Of a DNA stretch of 64,000 bases, positions 28,618 to 38,226 are shown piece by piece. The position numbers were made by a program, and so were the translations under genes. Numbering within the stretch: the first letter of the stretch is position 1; each line of letters begins with the position of its first letter. A model generated the notes under the pieces. The model was given only the letters and a program-made list of their open reading frames with translations, did no database searches and was not told the DNA's origin. Source of the DNA: Bacteroidales bacterium. Lineage in GTDB: Bacteria > Bacteroidota > Bacteroidia > Bacteroidales > UBA10428. The DNA lies in contig JAFGEO010000099.1 in the NCBI GenBank assembly GCA_016931575.1, positions 797-64,796 on the forward strand, given 5' to 3'.

Positions 28618-29166
28618 ATGAAGACAGATGTTCAAACAGCAGTTAAGACAAAGTGGGTGTTGGATCCATCGCACAGCGAGTTACTCTTTAAGGTAAAACA
28701 CCTGATGATCACAAATGTCAAAGGGGAGTTCCGCGATTTCTCTGCAACAATAGATGGTGAAGATTTTCTGAAATCGCAGATTGAGGCGGTGGTAAACACA
28801 GATTCCGTTTTCACGAATGAGAAGGACCGTGATGCCCACCTGAAAAGTGCCGATTTTTTCGATGTGGAGAACCATGGGCAAATGAAGTTTAGCGGTACCT
28901 CATTTAAGAAGGTGGATGATGTAAACTATCTATTAAAAGGTTTGCTAAGCATTAAGGGGGTGAGCAGGGAAATCTCCCTGGACGTAGAGTTCGGGGGAAT
29001 AAATAAGGATCCCTGGGGAAATACCAAGGCCGGATTTTCTTTCGAGGGAAAACTGAACCGAAAGGATTGGGGACTTACCTGGAATGCAGCCCTGGAGACC
29101 GGCGGCGTGCTGGTCAGTGATGAGGTAAGGATCAGTGGAGAAGTTCAGTTTGTTAAGCAGGTATAA
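28618..29166 (+). CDS. yceI: YceI family protein
   Basis: WVLDPSHSE..FKVKHLMI, RDAHLKSADFFD, DPWG, NRKDWGLTWNAALETGG. Confidence 0.93.
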   Translation: MKTDVQTAVKTKWVLDPSHSELLFKVKHLMITNVKGEFRDFSATIDGEDFLKSQIEAVVNTDSVFTNEKDRDAHLKSADFFDVENHGQMKFSGTSFKKVDDVNYLLKGLLSIKGVSREISLDVEFGGINKDPWGNTKAGFSFEGKLNRKDWGLTWNAALETGGVLVSDEVRISGEVQFVKQV

Positions 29167-29178
29167 TCCATAGGTGAT

Positions 29179-29212
29179 GGAAAGAAAGCGGTTTATATGA
29201 TGCTTTCTTTCC
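29179..29212 (+). terminator. Hairpin after yceI
   Basis: GGAAAGAAAGC / GCTTTCTTTCC perfect 11-bp stem. Confidence 0.6.
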
Positions 29213-29446
29213 TGCCCCTCCTGTACGACGTGACAATGTAAAGGGTAGTGGAGGGAATTGGCTTCTTCAACGACCAGACTATTGCTGGTTCGCTCACCAT
29301 GACTTCACTAAGGACCGGGTAGCGAACGCTTCGCCTGAAGCAGGTCTTCCTCATCTGATTGGCTTCGGTGCTTCTGGGTAGTTAGATCGTCACGCCGACG
29401 GCGAGCGTTGAAATCCCTATGCTGGCTGAGTGTCCTTACTTCTGCC

Positions 29447-29510
29447 AAAAGAGAACATGCCCCATCCGGATTTAACCAGCTATGCTGGTTATCCACCGAA
29501 TGGGGCATGC
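29447..29510 (-). terminator. Long hairpin terminator after pepF
   Basis: CATGCCCCAT / ATGGGGCATG outer stem, nested TAACCAGC / GCTGGTTA stem, TTCTCTTTT tail on the minus strand. Confidence 0.65.
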
Positions 29511-29533
29511 TGTTATTGTGGAAGGATTTTTTC

Positions 29534-31417
29534 TTACATTCCTTTTTTATCCAGGATCTTTTCAATTTCGTCCATCACCCGGTTCATAGCCTTAATGGTG
29601 TTATCAAAAGCCTCGGAGCTGGTCATGTCGACACCTGCTTTTTTGAGGACCTCGATAGGATAATCCGAGCTTCCGGCACTCAGGAAAGTCAGGTAATCCT
29701 CGATGGCTCCCTTTTCCTTACTCAGCACCCTCTCTGCGAGTGCATTGGAAGCGGTAAAGGAAGTGCTGTACTGGTAAACGTAGAAATTGTAGAAGAAGTG
29801 GGGGATGTAGGCCCATTCCATATTGATATAGTCGTCCACATAACAAACGCCTTCATCGTGTCCGTAATATTTCTTTACGACATCCATATACATATTGGAC
29901 AGCACTTCACCCGTCAGCGGAATGCCATTCTGTGCAGCTTCATGCATGCGCATTTCGAATTCAGCAAACTGTGTCTGACGGAAGAGAGTACCTTTGAAGC
30001 CGTCTAGCTGATTCATAAGCAGGGACAGTTTGACATCTTCATCCTTGATCGTCTTCATCATATGATCAAAGAGAAGTACTTCGTTGAAGGTAGAAGCCAC
30101 TTCGGCGACAAAAATCGCATAACGTGAAGTTGGATAAGGCTGGTTTTTATTTGAGAAGTAGCTGTGCATGGTATGCCCCAGTTCATGAGCTACGGTGCTG
30201 ACATCATCATAGGCGTCGTTGTAGTTCAGCAGGATGTAGGGGTGACCGTCGTAGAATGCACCGTTTGAGTATGCCCCGGAACGTTTGCCTGGGGTCGGAT
30301 ATACATCGATCCAGCGCTCATTGAAGGCTTTCTCAACGGTGGAGGTGTACTCTTTGCCCAGGGGTTTGAACGATTCCAGGATAATATCTTTGGCTTCATC
30401 ATAGGAGTACTGCAGGTCAACACCTTCCACAACCGGTGCATAGAGGTCGAGGTACCGCAGGGTATCAACCCCCATCATACGCTTTTTAATGCTGAGGTAG
30501 CGGTGGAAGGCCGGCAGGTTTTTATTGACGTTATCGACCAGTGAAGTGTATACTTCTACCGGGATGTTCTTATCATCGAGGGATGCCTCCAGGGAGGAGT
30601 TGTAATTTCTGGCTTGCGTGATGAAAAGAGCGGCTTTTACCTGTCCGTAAAGCATTTCACCCAGGGAGGCCTGGAATTTCTGGTAGTTGTTCCAGAATGC
30701 ATCGAATACCACGATACGATCTTCACGGTTCGGTGTTGCCCGGTACCTGCTGTATCCTGCAGACGAGAGTACAACAGTTTCTCCGGTGCTGAGGGTGACT
30801 TCCGGATCGGGCATCTCAGCATTCTTGAAGGTACTGTATATCGAGGCCGAAGTACCGATAGCCATTCCCGAGAGGGCCAGAATCCTTTCCTCAGGCTCGG
30901 TGAGGGTATGTTCCTGCTGACGGAACAGGTCCTTCAGGCTCATTTCATAGATCTTCAGTCCCGGTTCTTCAGCAATAAAGCCTTCAATTACGCTCCAGTC
31001 AACGCTAAGGATTTCGGGATTTACAAAGGCAACCCTGGCAGAGTATTCGGTAAATAGCTGCTCCAGCTCCTTGGTCATTCCGGAATACTTCATATCACGT
31101 GTATCCAGGTCGGAATGCATGTTGGCGTAAATAATCAGGCGGGTTGCTTCCTTGCCGATCTCCGAGGATAGATCCAGACAGGATAGCAGATTAGCTGCCG
31201 AGGCAGTGAGTTTCCCCTGGAACTTAGGTATTTCGGGCAGTTTGGCAACCAACGCTTCCTTGGCTTGCTGCCACGCTTCTTCTGATTCATATACATCAGT
31301 AAGGTCCCATTTGTATTGATCTTTAATTTCGGAACGGTCCACCTGGCCAATTCCATTCAACGAAAAAAGGCTAAGCAGGAAAGCAATTCCCGCTGATCTT
31401 AATAAAGTTCTTTTCAT
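29534..31417 (-). CDS. pepF: Oligoendopeptidase F (M3B) with signal peptide
   Basis: KWDLTDVY, RWIDVY..GKRSGAYS, HPYILLNY, AHELGHTMHS, AEVAS, FRQTQFAEFE, IPHF. Confidence 0.95.
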   Translation of the reverse strand: MKRTLLRSAGIAFLLSLFSLNGIGQVDRSEIKDQYKWDLTDVYESEEAWQQAKEALVAKLPEIPKFQGKLTASAANLLSCLDLSSEIGKEATRLIIYANMHSDLDTRDMKYSGMTKELEQLFTEYSARVAFVNPEILSVDWSVIEGFIAEEPGLKIYEMSLKDLFRQQEHTLTEPEERILALSGMAIGTSASIYSTFKNAEMPDPEVTLSTGETVVLSSAGYSRYRATPNREDRIVVFDAFWNNYQKFQASLGEMLYGQVKAALFITQARNYNSSLEASLDDKNIPVEVYTSLVDNVNKNLPAFHRYLSIKKRMMGVDTLRYLDLYAPVVEGVDLQYSYDEAKDIILESFKPLGKEYTSTVEKAFNERWIDVYPTPGKRSGAYSNGAFYDGHPYILLNYNDAYDDVSTVAHELGHTMHSYFSNKNQPYPTSRYAIFVAEVASTFNEVLLFDHMMKTIKDEDVKLSLLMNQLDGFKGTLFRQTQFAEFEMRMHEAAQNGIPLTGEVLSNMYMDVVKKYYGHDEGVCYVDDYINMEWAYIPHFFYNFYVYQYSTSFTASNALAERVLSKEKGAIEDYLTFLSAGSSDYPIEVLKKAGVDMTSSEAFDNTIKAMNRVMDEIEKILDKKGM

Positions 31418-31589
31418 GGCTTTTTAATTAATAACGAATAAACTAAGCATTAGAGATTAATGGATTTTGAAAAATAAACAGGCAAACTACTAAACTGTTT
31501 AATCTTTTGCAATCGATTCTTAAAAAGTATGCGAAAAGTCATGTTTTTGAATGCGATGGAACCGGAATCTGCGAGACCACTCCCTCTCT

Positions 31590-32165
31590 CTAAACCTCAA
31601 TAAGCTCAAAAAAATTCTTGCAGTGGCACTTGCGCAGGATATTTTGGCGATGCGTCTTTGCAGTAAGCGGAGAGATAAAAAGGTTCTCAGCAATTTCATC
31701 GGTGGTTAACCCTTTCCAGATCATCTGTACGATCTCCGTCTCCCGGGATGTCAGGTCATATTTATTCCTGAGATTTTTCATCCATTCATCCATTGGATTT
31801 TGTGTGCGTAGCAGGCGATCTATGGTCTGGCTCATTTCTTCGATATCTACCGGTTTTATCAGATAGTCAAAGGCAGCCTGTTTAATGGCATCAATGGCAT
31901 ATTGATTAAACGCTGTGACAAAGATAATTACGATTCTTGGGTATTCTTCCCGGATGATCTCCGCAAGTTCCAGTCCGTTCATCCCCGGCATTTCAATGTC
32001 CAGAAACAATACATCGGGGCGGTATTCCAAAATCGTATCGCGGGCTTTGGAAGGATCTGTAAGACTGCTTACAATCTCGATTACCGGGTACTTGCTGAGA
32101 ATATCCGCAAGAAATTTGTTTGCTCCTGAATCATCATCAATCAGAATGGCTTTTAACTTCTTCAT
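31590..32165 (-). CDS. Response regulator: LytTR-type receiver with LuxR-type HTH
   Basis: FLDIEMP...FVTAFNQYAIDA..AFDYLIKP followed by LTSRETEI...IAENLFISPLTAKTHRQNI. Confidence 0.88.
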   Translation of the reverse strand: MKKLKAILIDDDSGANKFLADILSKYPVIEIVSSLTDPSKARDTILEYRPDVLFLDIEMPGMNGLELAEIIREEYPRIVIIFVTAFNQYAIDAIKQAAFDYLIKPVDIEEMSQTIDRLLRTQNPMDEWMKNLRNKYDLTSRETEIVQMIWKGLTTDEIAENLFISPLTAKTHRQNILRKCHCKNFFELIEV

Positions 32166-34305
32166 TTTTTACTGGAATTGAAAGTATAATTTTTGTGCCG
32201 ACGGGTTTCTCTTCCTCATCATAAAGATCGACAATCCGGTAATTTATCTCAATACCGTCCAGTCTTTTATATAAGAGAAGGATTTCCTTAATCATCTCCA
32301 GGCCTTTACCCGCGCCAAAAGTCTGCAGTCTGGAGGCCGCTTCCCGGCCTATGCCATTATCCTCGATCCAAATCTCAAGACGGGAAGCGATCTTATGGGA
32401 GGTGAGGGAAACAAAACCGGTCCGGTTCCTCAGATTTTTAATTCCGTGCTTAAGTGCATTCTCTACAAAATTCTGTATCAGCATTTTAGGAACAGGCACC
32501 GTATGATAGTTTTCATCTATAGCAATATTGAAATCCAGCTTTTCCTTATACCTGAGCTTTTCAAGTTGCAGGTAGGCATTCACAAAATTGATTTCCTCCT
32601 TCAGAGGTATAGTCGTTTTGTGTGAATTCTGCAGTGTCCCTCGTATTAATTTAGAGATCTTGCCGAGGTAGGAATAGGCGTTTTCCTTTTCCCCATCCTG
32701 GTAGAAATTTGAAATGTTAATGATGGAATTAAAAAGGAAATGAGGGTCCAGCTGCTGTTTTACATTGGCAAGCTGGTAGTGCAACAGCTTTTTTTCATTC
32801 TCAATTTTTACTTCAATGCGGCGTCTTTGAAGTCTTGCCAGAAAACTAAACAGTGCCAGATTCACCAGGAATATAGCCAGAAAGAGGAAGTGTCTCAAAG
32901 GGTAGTACGGATTTTTATGGTAATCCATCAAGACATTTTGATTTCCGGTGAAAACCTTTAGTGCATGCTCATCGTCCTTCCTTACCATCGAAAAACTGAA
33001 CGCTTTTGTTCCGGCATCAAGCTCGATTTCGACGGGGTGGGTATAATCGTTTTGCAGGATACACAGATATTTTCTTGCGGCCACAAAGATGTGTTCCTCC
33101 AGCCGATCCCCGTCGATATCGATGGAATGCCATTCGCTATGCCTGAATTTTTCATCCAGCGTAGTGATTATTTCTTCTTCTAAAAGCTGGTTCATCCTGC
33201 AGATTTCAAGGTCTTGTTTAAAATAGAACGAGCCCTTATTTTGTTTGTCAGCGGAGAGAAGTGTATATTTCTTAGCCGGGTCCAGTACTTTTTTCCTGGT
33301 CAGGGAAAGGGAATCTTCTTTCCACTGATAGATCCTTAATTCTTGTACATGGGAGCTTTGATCATGTTGTATGTAGAAGACTGCGAGGCTTTGTTTTCCA
33401 TTTGCAGGGACCGGTAGCGTGATTACTCCTGAGGCAGCCTGGCAAAAGCTTTTTGGGGAGGCGAAGAAGTTCAATTCATGATCATAGATAAGCAGCCAGC
33501 TGCAGGAGTCTGAAATTTCAACGGGCTGCTTTCCATAATTATTCGGAGCATAGGTACTGCCCGTGATTTCAGGAATGCCATCCTGGTTAAGATCTGTTAC
33601 CACGGCGTTCGTAATATTATTCCCCGGGTTAATTTTCTGAGCTATGATTCGATTTTCGGCAATATCGTAGATGAACATTTTGCGGGGGGATAAGGAGAAG
33701 CCGGAATGTATGGTGATCACCACATCCAGCAAGCCATCACCTGTCATATCCACCGGTTCGATGCAGTTTACAATCCAATCCTGGCCGTCATTGTGAAGCT
33801 GCACCCTGGAAAGCGCTATATTGATTCTCTCAATACCCTTGGCTTGCATGGGCTCTAAAATATTCAGGTATATGCTGTCAGAGTGGTATGTAAAGCCCAG
33901 GATCTCTCTGTAGCCATCCCGGTCATGATCCACCACGTTTATGCAGGCAAATTCAATCCATTCACCTTCCAGGTTCCAGGTTCTGATCAGCTTGGTATCG
34001 GGTTTCTCGATTACCACCCCTGGGGAAGAGAGGTTTTTTTTGCACCGGATGAACTCTGAAAAATTGTCACCATCCAGATCTGCCGAAACATGGTCATACA
34101 GTTGAAGGGTAGGCGTTGAGGATACCAGGCCCAGCTGATATTTTTTTACCGGGATCCGCATCAATGCATAAATCACTGCAGAAAAAAACAGGGATAAGAG
34201 CAGAACCAGCACTCTTTCCTTCAGGCGGCCTTTATTTATTAGGTGCTTCAACGTGGAGGATGATTTAGAATCAGGTGTTGTGCCATGAAGATAATAATTC
34301 TTCAC
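32137..34305 (-). CDS. LytS-type sensor histidine kinase with an extracytoplasmic FG-GAP/VCBS-like repeat region
   Basis: QLDPHFLFNSI, LKEEI..YLQLEKLR, QNFVENALKHG, EDNGIG; DxDGD repeats between two TM segments. Confidence 0.88.
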   Translation of the reverse strand: MKNYYLHGTTPDSKSSSTLKHLINKGRLKERVLVLLLSLFFSAVIYALMRIPVKKYQLGLVSSTPTLQLYDHVSADLDGDNFSEFIRCKKNLSSPGVVIEKPDTKLIRTWNLEGEWIEFACINVVDHDRDGYREILGFTYHSDSIYLNILEPMQAKGIERINIALSRVQLHNDGQDWIVNCIEPVDMTGDGLLDVVITIHSGFSLSPRKMFIYDIAENRIIAQKINPGNNITNAVVTDLNQDGIPEITGSTYAPNNYGKQPVEISDSCSWLLIYDHELNFFASPKSFCQAASGVITLPVPANGKQSLAVFYIQHDQSSHVQELRIYQWKEDSLSLTRKKVLDPAKKYTLLSADKQNKGSFYFKQDLEICRMNQLLEEEIITTLDEKFRHSEWHSIDIDGDRLEEHIFVAARKYLCILQNDYTHPVEIELDAGTKAFSFSMVRKDDEHALKVFTGNQNVLMDYHKNPYYPLRHFLFLAIFLVNLALFSFLARLQRRRIEVKIENEKKLLHYQLANVKQQLDPHFLFNSIINISNFYQDGEKENAYSYLGKISKLIRGTLQNSHKTTIPLKEEINFVNAYLQLEKLRYKEKLDFNIAIDENYHTVPVPKMLIQNFVENALKHGIKNLRNRTGFVSLTSHKIASRLEIWIEDNGIGREAASRLQTFGAGKGLEMIKEILLLYKRLDGIEINYRIVDLYDEEEKPVGTKIILSIPVKNEEVKSHSD

Positions 34306-34586
34306 AAAAAATATACATCAAATTCAGTATTGAAATGCCGCACCCTTATATTCTTAGTGGATATCCTTGGTGGATCTGCGCTTTCAGATTACTTAACAGG
34401 TATTATAGTTATTACACCAAGCTACATAGCTCCTTCGCTGTACCTGCCTGACAGCAGTCAGGACTTCGGTGCAAGCGTAAAGTAATCGCCAATTGATTTT
34501 AGAAAGTCAGGTTACATGAAGTAAGAATGATGAGTGTTGAGTGGTGATGGCTGAACCCAGAACCCGGCAACCTAAAGGGGTAAAAA

Positions 34587-34614
34587 AAAAGCAGGACTAA
34601 AAAATCCTGCTTTT
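34587..34614 (-). terminator. Terminator after the T9SS cargo gene
   Basis: AAAAGCAGGA / TCCTGCTTTT stem with an A run on the plus strand. Confidence 0.7.
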
Positions 34615-34637
34615 CGATATAATTTTCGATAGAACCT

Positions 34638-35753
34638 TTAGTTCTTAACGATCTTTCTTGATATAATTCTGTTGTCAGCAAGAACAACCTGAACAATATA
34701 GATGCCTCCGTTGAGCTGTCCCAGGTCAATTTGAGTTCCGGGATTGTTAACCTTCATGATGAGGTTACCGGTGATGGAATAGACATTGGCGGAAGTAACT
34801 TTGATTTCAGATCTGATGGTGAGTAAGCCTTCAGCATCCGGTGGATAGATGACAACTGCATTACTCTTTGTTTGTTTGTTCAGTGCATCAGGGTTTTCCA
34901 GGGTGATGACATCACTGGCTGATGACACATTGTTGTATGCATCAGCAGCATAAACAATGTAGTCGCCGGCTGTCAGACCTGTAGTAGAGATGCTTGTTCC
35001 CGTGCCTGCGGAAGCTGAGGCAGTGGCAACAGCTGCATCGACAACGGTCGGATAATCTGCGGCTGTTCCGGCAGGAACCAGGTAAATCATTCCGTTTTCG
35101 CTGCTCGTTGCGGCAATGTTGTTTCCAATCATAACGGTACCGGTAGTTAAGCCGGAAAGTTCCGGGGCAGTAAGGTCAGTAACAGATATTACAGCGCTGG
35201 CAGTTGAAACATTGAATGCCAGGTCAATAGCATACACGATGTAGTTTCCATAGGCGAGGCCAACTGTTGAAAGAGCGGCAGGCACACCTGCAGAAGCTGC
35301 TGCATTGTCCACTGCGCCTGTAGTGATGGCAGTGTAATTAGCCGCAGTACCTTCAGGAACCAGGTAAAGCATACCGGATTCATTTGAGGTGGCATTGATT
35401 GCAGTTCCGGGTTCAACAGGACCTGCTGTCACTGCTGATAGAACAGGGGCAGTTACATCAGGGAACAGTACAACTGTGGATGCACAGGATGTGGCCCAGG
35501 ATGAAGATGAACTGCTGTTGGAAAATGCGCGGATATAATATGTTCCGGCGACGGTCGTGGAAAATGTCTCGTCATTACTGCTGGTGTTGGTGCCACAGGT
35601 TGTCCCCTGCCAGTAGTAAATTACACCGGAAGGGGGAGTGCTCCTGGTAAGCGTTGCAACGTCACCTGAATAGGTAATGCCGGTAATACTTTGTCCAAAT
35701 GCCGTTAAGCCCATAACGGCAAATGTTAGCAGGGTGGAAATACGTTTAATCAT
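34638..35753 (-). CDS. T9SS type-A cargo protein with two tandem Ser/Thr/Ala-rich Ig-like repeats
   Basis: Signal peptide; repeat D.TAP.LS...ATS.E.GM.YLVP.GTAA.Y...YIVYA.D..NVS.AS twice; CTD IYP...VYSITG...GIYIV...KIVK. Confidence 0.85.
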   Translation of the reverse strand: MIKRISTLLTFAVMGLTAFGQSITGITYSGDVATLTRSTPPSGVIYYWQGTTCGTNTSSNDETFSTTVAGTYYIRAFSNSSSSSSWATSCASTVVLFPDVTAPVLSAVTAGPVEPGTAINATSNESGMLYLVPEGTAANYTAITTGAVDNAAASAGVPAALSTVGLAYGNYIVYAIDLAFNVSTASAVISVTDLTAPELSGLTTGTVMIGNNIAATSSENGMIYLVPAGTAADYPTVVDAAVATASASAGTGTSISTTGLTAGDYIVYAADAYNNVSSASDVITLENPDALNKQTKSNAVVIYPPDAEGLLTIRSEIKVTSANVYSITGNLIMKVNNPGTQIDLGQLNGGIYIVQVVLADNRIISRKIVKN

Positions 35754-35914
35754 AGCTGAATTTTATGGTCTAAACAAAAATATGAAATACAAACTTAATC
35801 GCAAATTAATTTATTCGAAATCTTGACTGATTACTTTTAATTTATGTCGAATCCATGAAAGTCTTATGTAAATCAAGGCCTTACGAAGGGTATTTTTCCT
35901 GGCTCCCTCCGGAC

Positions 35915-38167
35915 TTATTTACAATAAGTTTGTAAAAGGTGCTCCGTGGGGACGCCATCGCAAAGTTCGGCCTCTTTCCAGCTTAGGCAGGCCTGTTCTA
36001 TTTCTCCTGACTGAAAATAGGCATTTCCAAGATTGATGAGGTTGATGCAATTTCCCGGATCCAGATCCACCGCCTGCCGGTAGTCCTCCAGGGCCTGCCC
36101 GATATTCCCCTGTGAGCTGAAGAGGTTCCCCCGGTTGGAATAGGCTTGTGAGAATGAGGGAGCCAGTTCAATGGCTTTGTTGAAATCAGAAAGTGCCTGG
36201 AGGAATTCATTGAGGTTAAAATGAGTGATTCCCCTATTATTATATGCCTCTGCCAATTCCGGATTGAGGCTGATGGCCTTGTTCAGCTCAATCAATGCGG
36301 TTGTATACTCCTGTTGTGTATTATAAATATAGCCAATTTCGTTGTAAACCACAGCTCGTTCCGGCATCAGGCGTGCAGCTTCCCGAAAATCACGCAGGGC
36401 ATTATGATACTCACCGTTTTCTGTATATAAACGACCCCGTCCGAAATAGGCATCGTAGCTTTCCGGAAAGACCATGATGGCCTTGGTGAAATCTGCCAGG
36501 GCTTCATCCATTTTCCCCAGGCTTTGATAAATACTGCCTCGGGTCAAATAGAGTTTAGCCCGGTAAGGTGCAATGAGTATGGCAGTTGAGTAGGTTTCGA
36601 TGGCTTTTTCCGGCTGGTTAATGATTAGTTGAAGACTGCCTTTGTTGAGGTAGGCATCCAGGAAATAGGGATCCAGCTCAATGGCTTTGTTGAGGTCTTG
36701 AATCGCCAGGTAATTGCTGTCGATGCGGTGATAGGTCTGGGCCCTGTTATTGTACAGGAATTTATAGGAGGGATTTAGCTCAATGCCCCGGCTGAAATCT
36801 TTGATCGCCAGGTCATAACGCCCCAGGTGGTTATAGGCATTTCCCCGGTTGTTAAGGGCTTCGATAACGGTGGGGTCCTTTTTCAGAACATCGGTAAACA
36901 GGGTAAGGTCATCTTTCCAGACTTTTGTGCGCTGATGCGAGGCCACTGAGAAAACGATCACAATGAGCCCGAAGGCCGTCCATGCATAGTTCCTGACCTG
37001 TTGTTTTTTAATTCCGGTAATGAAAAAACTGAGCATAAGGCTCAATCCGATATAGGGGACGTAGGTGTACCGGTCTGCAACAACAACAACCCCCTTAATG
37101 GATACGAAATGAAGGAAAATACTAACGGGGAGAAGAAAAAAGAGCAGTCCGAACAGATATTTCCCGCAGGTTTTCCTGTACCTGACAAACAGGAAAATCA
37201 CAAATGCAATCAGCAGGATGCAAAGGAGAAGTGCGATATAGTATTCCTGAGGGAAATGGCCGTTTAATTTCAAGGGGTAGGGAACGATGGCGGTGAGGTT
37301 TACCGGAAGAATAAAACGCAGGAGGTAAAAAAGAAGGGAATAAGATGCAAGAAGGGTTTTGTCCAGAAGGCTGTAGCTGAATGAAGGGTGGAGGTCCTGA
37401 ACCAGTTTCCTGCCCTGGAAACCCATATTCGATTGCGTCCCGATTGTCAGGCGGTACACCTCGCTTCCGACAAACCAGAGCATGGGGATTTTTTCCAGGA
37501 TCACCCAGAGTGTGAATCTGCGTTTCAACCCGTAATCCATCAGGAAAAGAAGGAAGGGGATCGCCACGGCAGAAAATTTGGAATGCCAGGAGAGGTAAAA
37601 TGTCAGCATCCAGGCCAGCCACCAGATGACTTTCAGGTAAGCTTTCTCCGTTCGGACATAATAGATGTAAGCGTGCAGGCAAAGGAGGAGAAAAAAGGTA
37701 TACAATACATCCTTTCGTTCCACTGCCCATGCAACAGACTCTACATGCATGGGGTGGATGGCAAACAGGATGGCCGTTATAAAGGCGATATCCCTTTTTC
37801 GAAACAGCCTCAGAATCAGAAAGAACAGGAGTACCGTGTTCGATACATGCCACAGTACATTTTCCGCATGAAAGTATGCCGGGTTCAGCCCCCATAGTTT
37901 GTAATCGAGCATAAAGGAGGTAAGGGTCAGTCGGGTGCCCCCCAGGCCGGTACGCTTTGTCCAGAGGGTTTTTACACCATCAACCGAGAAATCTTTGATC
38001 AGCTGGTTACTGGTAATATAGTAATTATCATCCCAGCTTCTGAATTTATTATGGATCGTCGGTGAAAATACCAGGGTGGTTAAAAAAACCAGGATCAAAA
38101 CAATTAATGCATTGCTTCTGGTTATATTTGCGATATCTGGTAGTCGTCCTGAGAATTTTTGTTTCAT
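35915..38167 (-). CDS. TMTC-like GT-C glycosyltransferase (putative protein O-mannosyltransferase) with C-terminal TPRs
   Basis: WDD loop, HPMHVESVAW..ERKD, SK.SAV..P, ADRYTYVP, R..VWKD followed by multiple TPRs. Confidence 0.85.
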   Translation of the reverse strand: MKQKFSGRLPDIANITRSNALIVLILVFLTTLVFSPTIHNKFRSWDDNYYITSNQLIKDFSVDGVKTLWTKRTGLGGTRLTLTSFMLDYKLWGLNPAYFHAENVLWHVSNTVLLFFLILRLFRKRDIAFITAILFAIHPMHVESVAWAVERKDVLYTFFLLLCLHAYIYYVRTEKAYLKVIWWLAWMLTFYLSWHSKFSAVAIPFLLFLMDYGLKRRFTLWVILEKIPMLWFVGSEVYRLTIGTQSNMGFQGRKLVQDLHPSFSYSLLDKTLLASYSLLFYLLRFILPVNLTAIVPYPLKLNGHFPQEYYIALLLCILLIAFVIFLFVRYRKTCGKYLFGLLFFLLPVSIFLHFVSIKGVVVVADRYTYVPYIGLSLMLSFFITGIKKQQVRNYAWTAFGLIVIVFSVASHQRTKVWKDDLTLFTDVLKKDPTVIEALNNRGNAYNHLGRYDLAIKDFSRGIELNPSYKFLYNNRAQTYHRIDSNYLAIQDLNKAIELDPYFLDAYLNKGSLQLIINQPEKAIETYSTAILIAPYRAKLYLTRGSIYQSLGKMDEALADFTKAIMVFPESYDAYFGRGRLYTENGEYHNALRDFREAARLMPERAVVYNEIGYIYNTQQEYTTALIELNKAISLNPELAEAYNNRGITHFNLNEFLQALSDFNKAIELAPSFSQAYSNRGNLFSSQGNIGQALEDYRQAVDLDPGNCINLINLGNAYFQSGEIEQACLSWKEAELCDGVPTEHLLQTYCK

Positions 38168-38226
38168 ACCTGGGATGCTGTGTCCGGATAATTTAGAATT
38201 GCATCAAAGATAACAAAACCTGAAGC

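Noticed and set aside
29213-29446. Possible structured ncRNA between yceI and pepF
   Set aside because: GC-rich, but I could not recognise any RNA family motif or promoter; a covariance search would be needed.
37122-37897. Long alternative-frame and antisense ORFs (also 199-870, 21003-21605, 29408-30007, 41851-42483)
   Set aside because: They fully overlap well-supported genes and carry no recognisable motifs.
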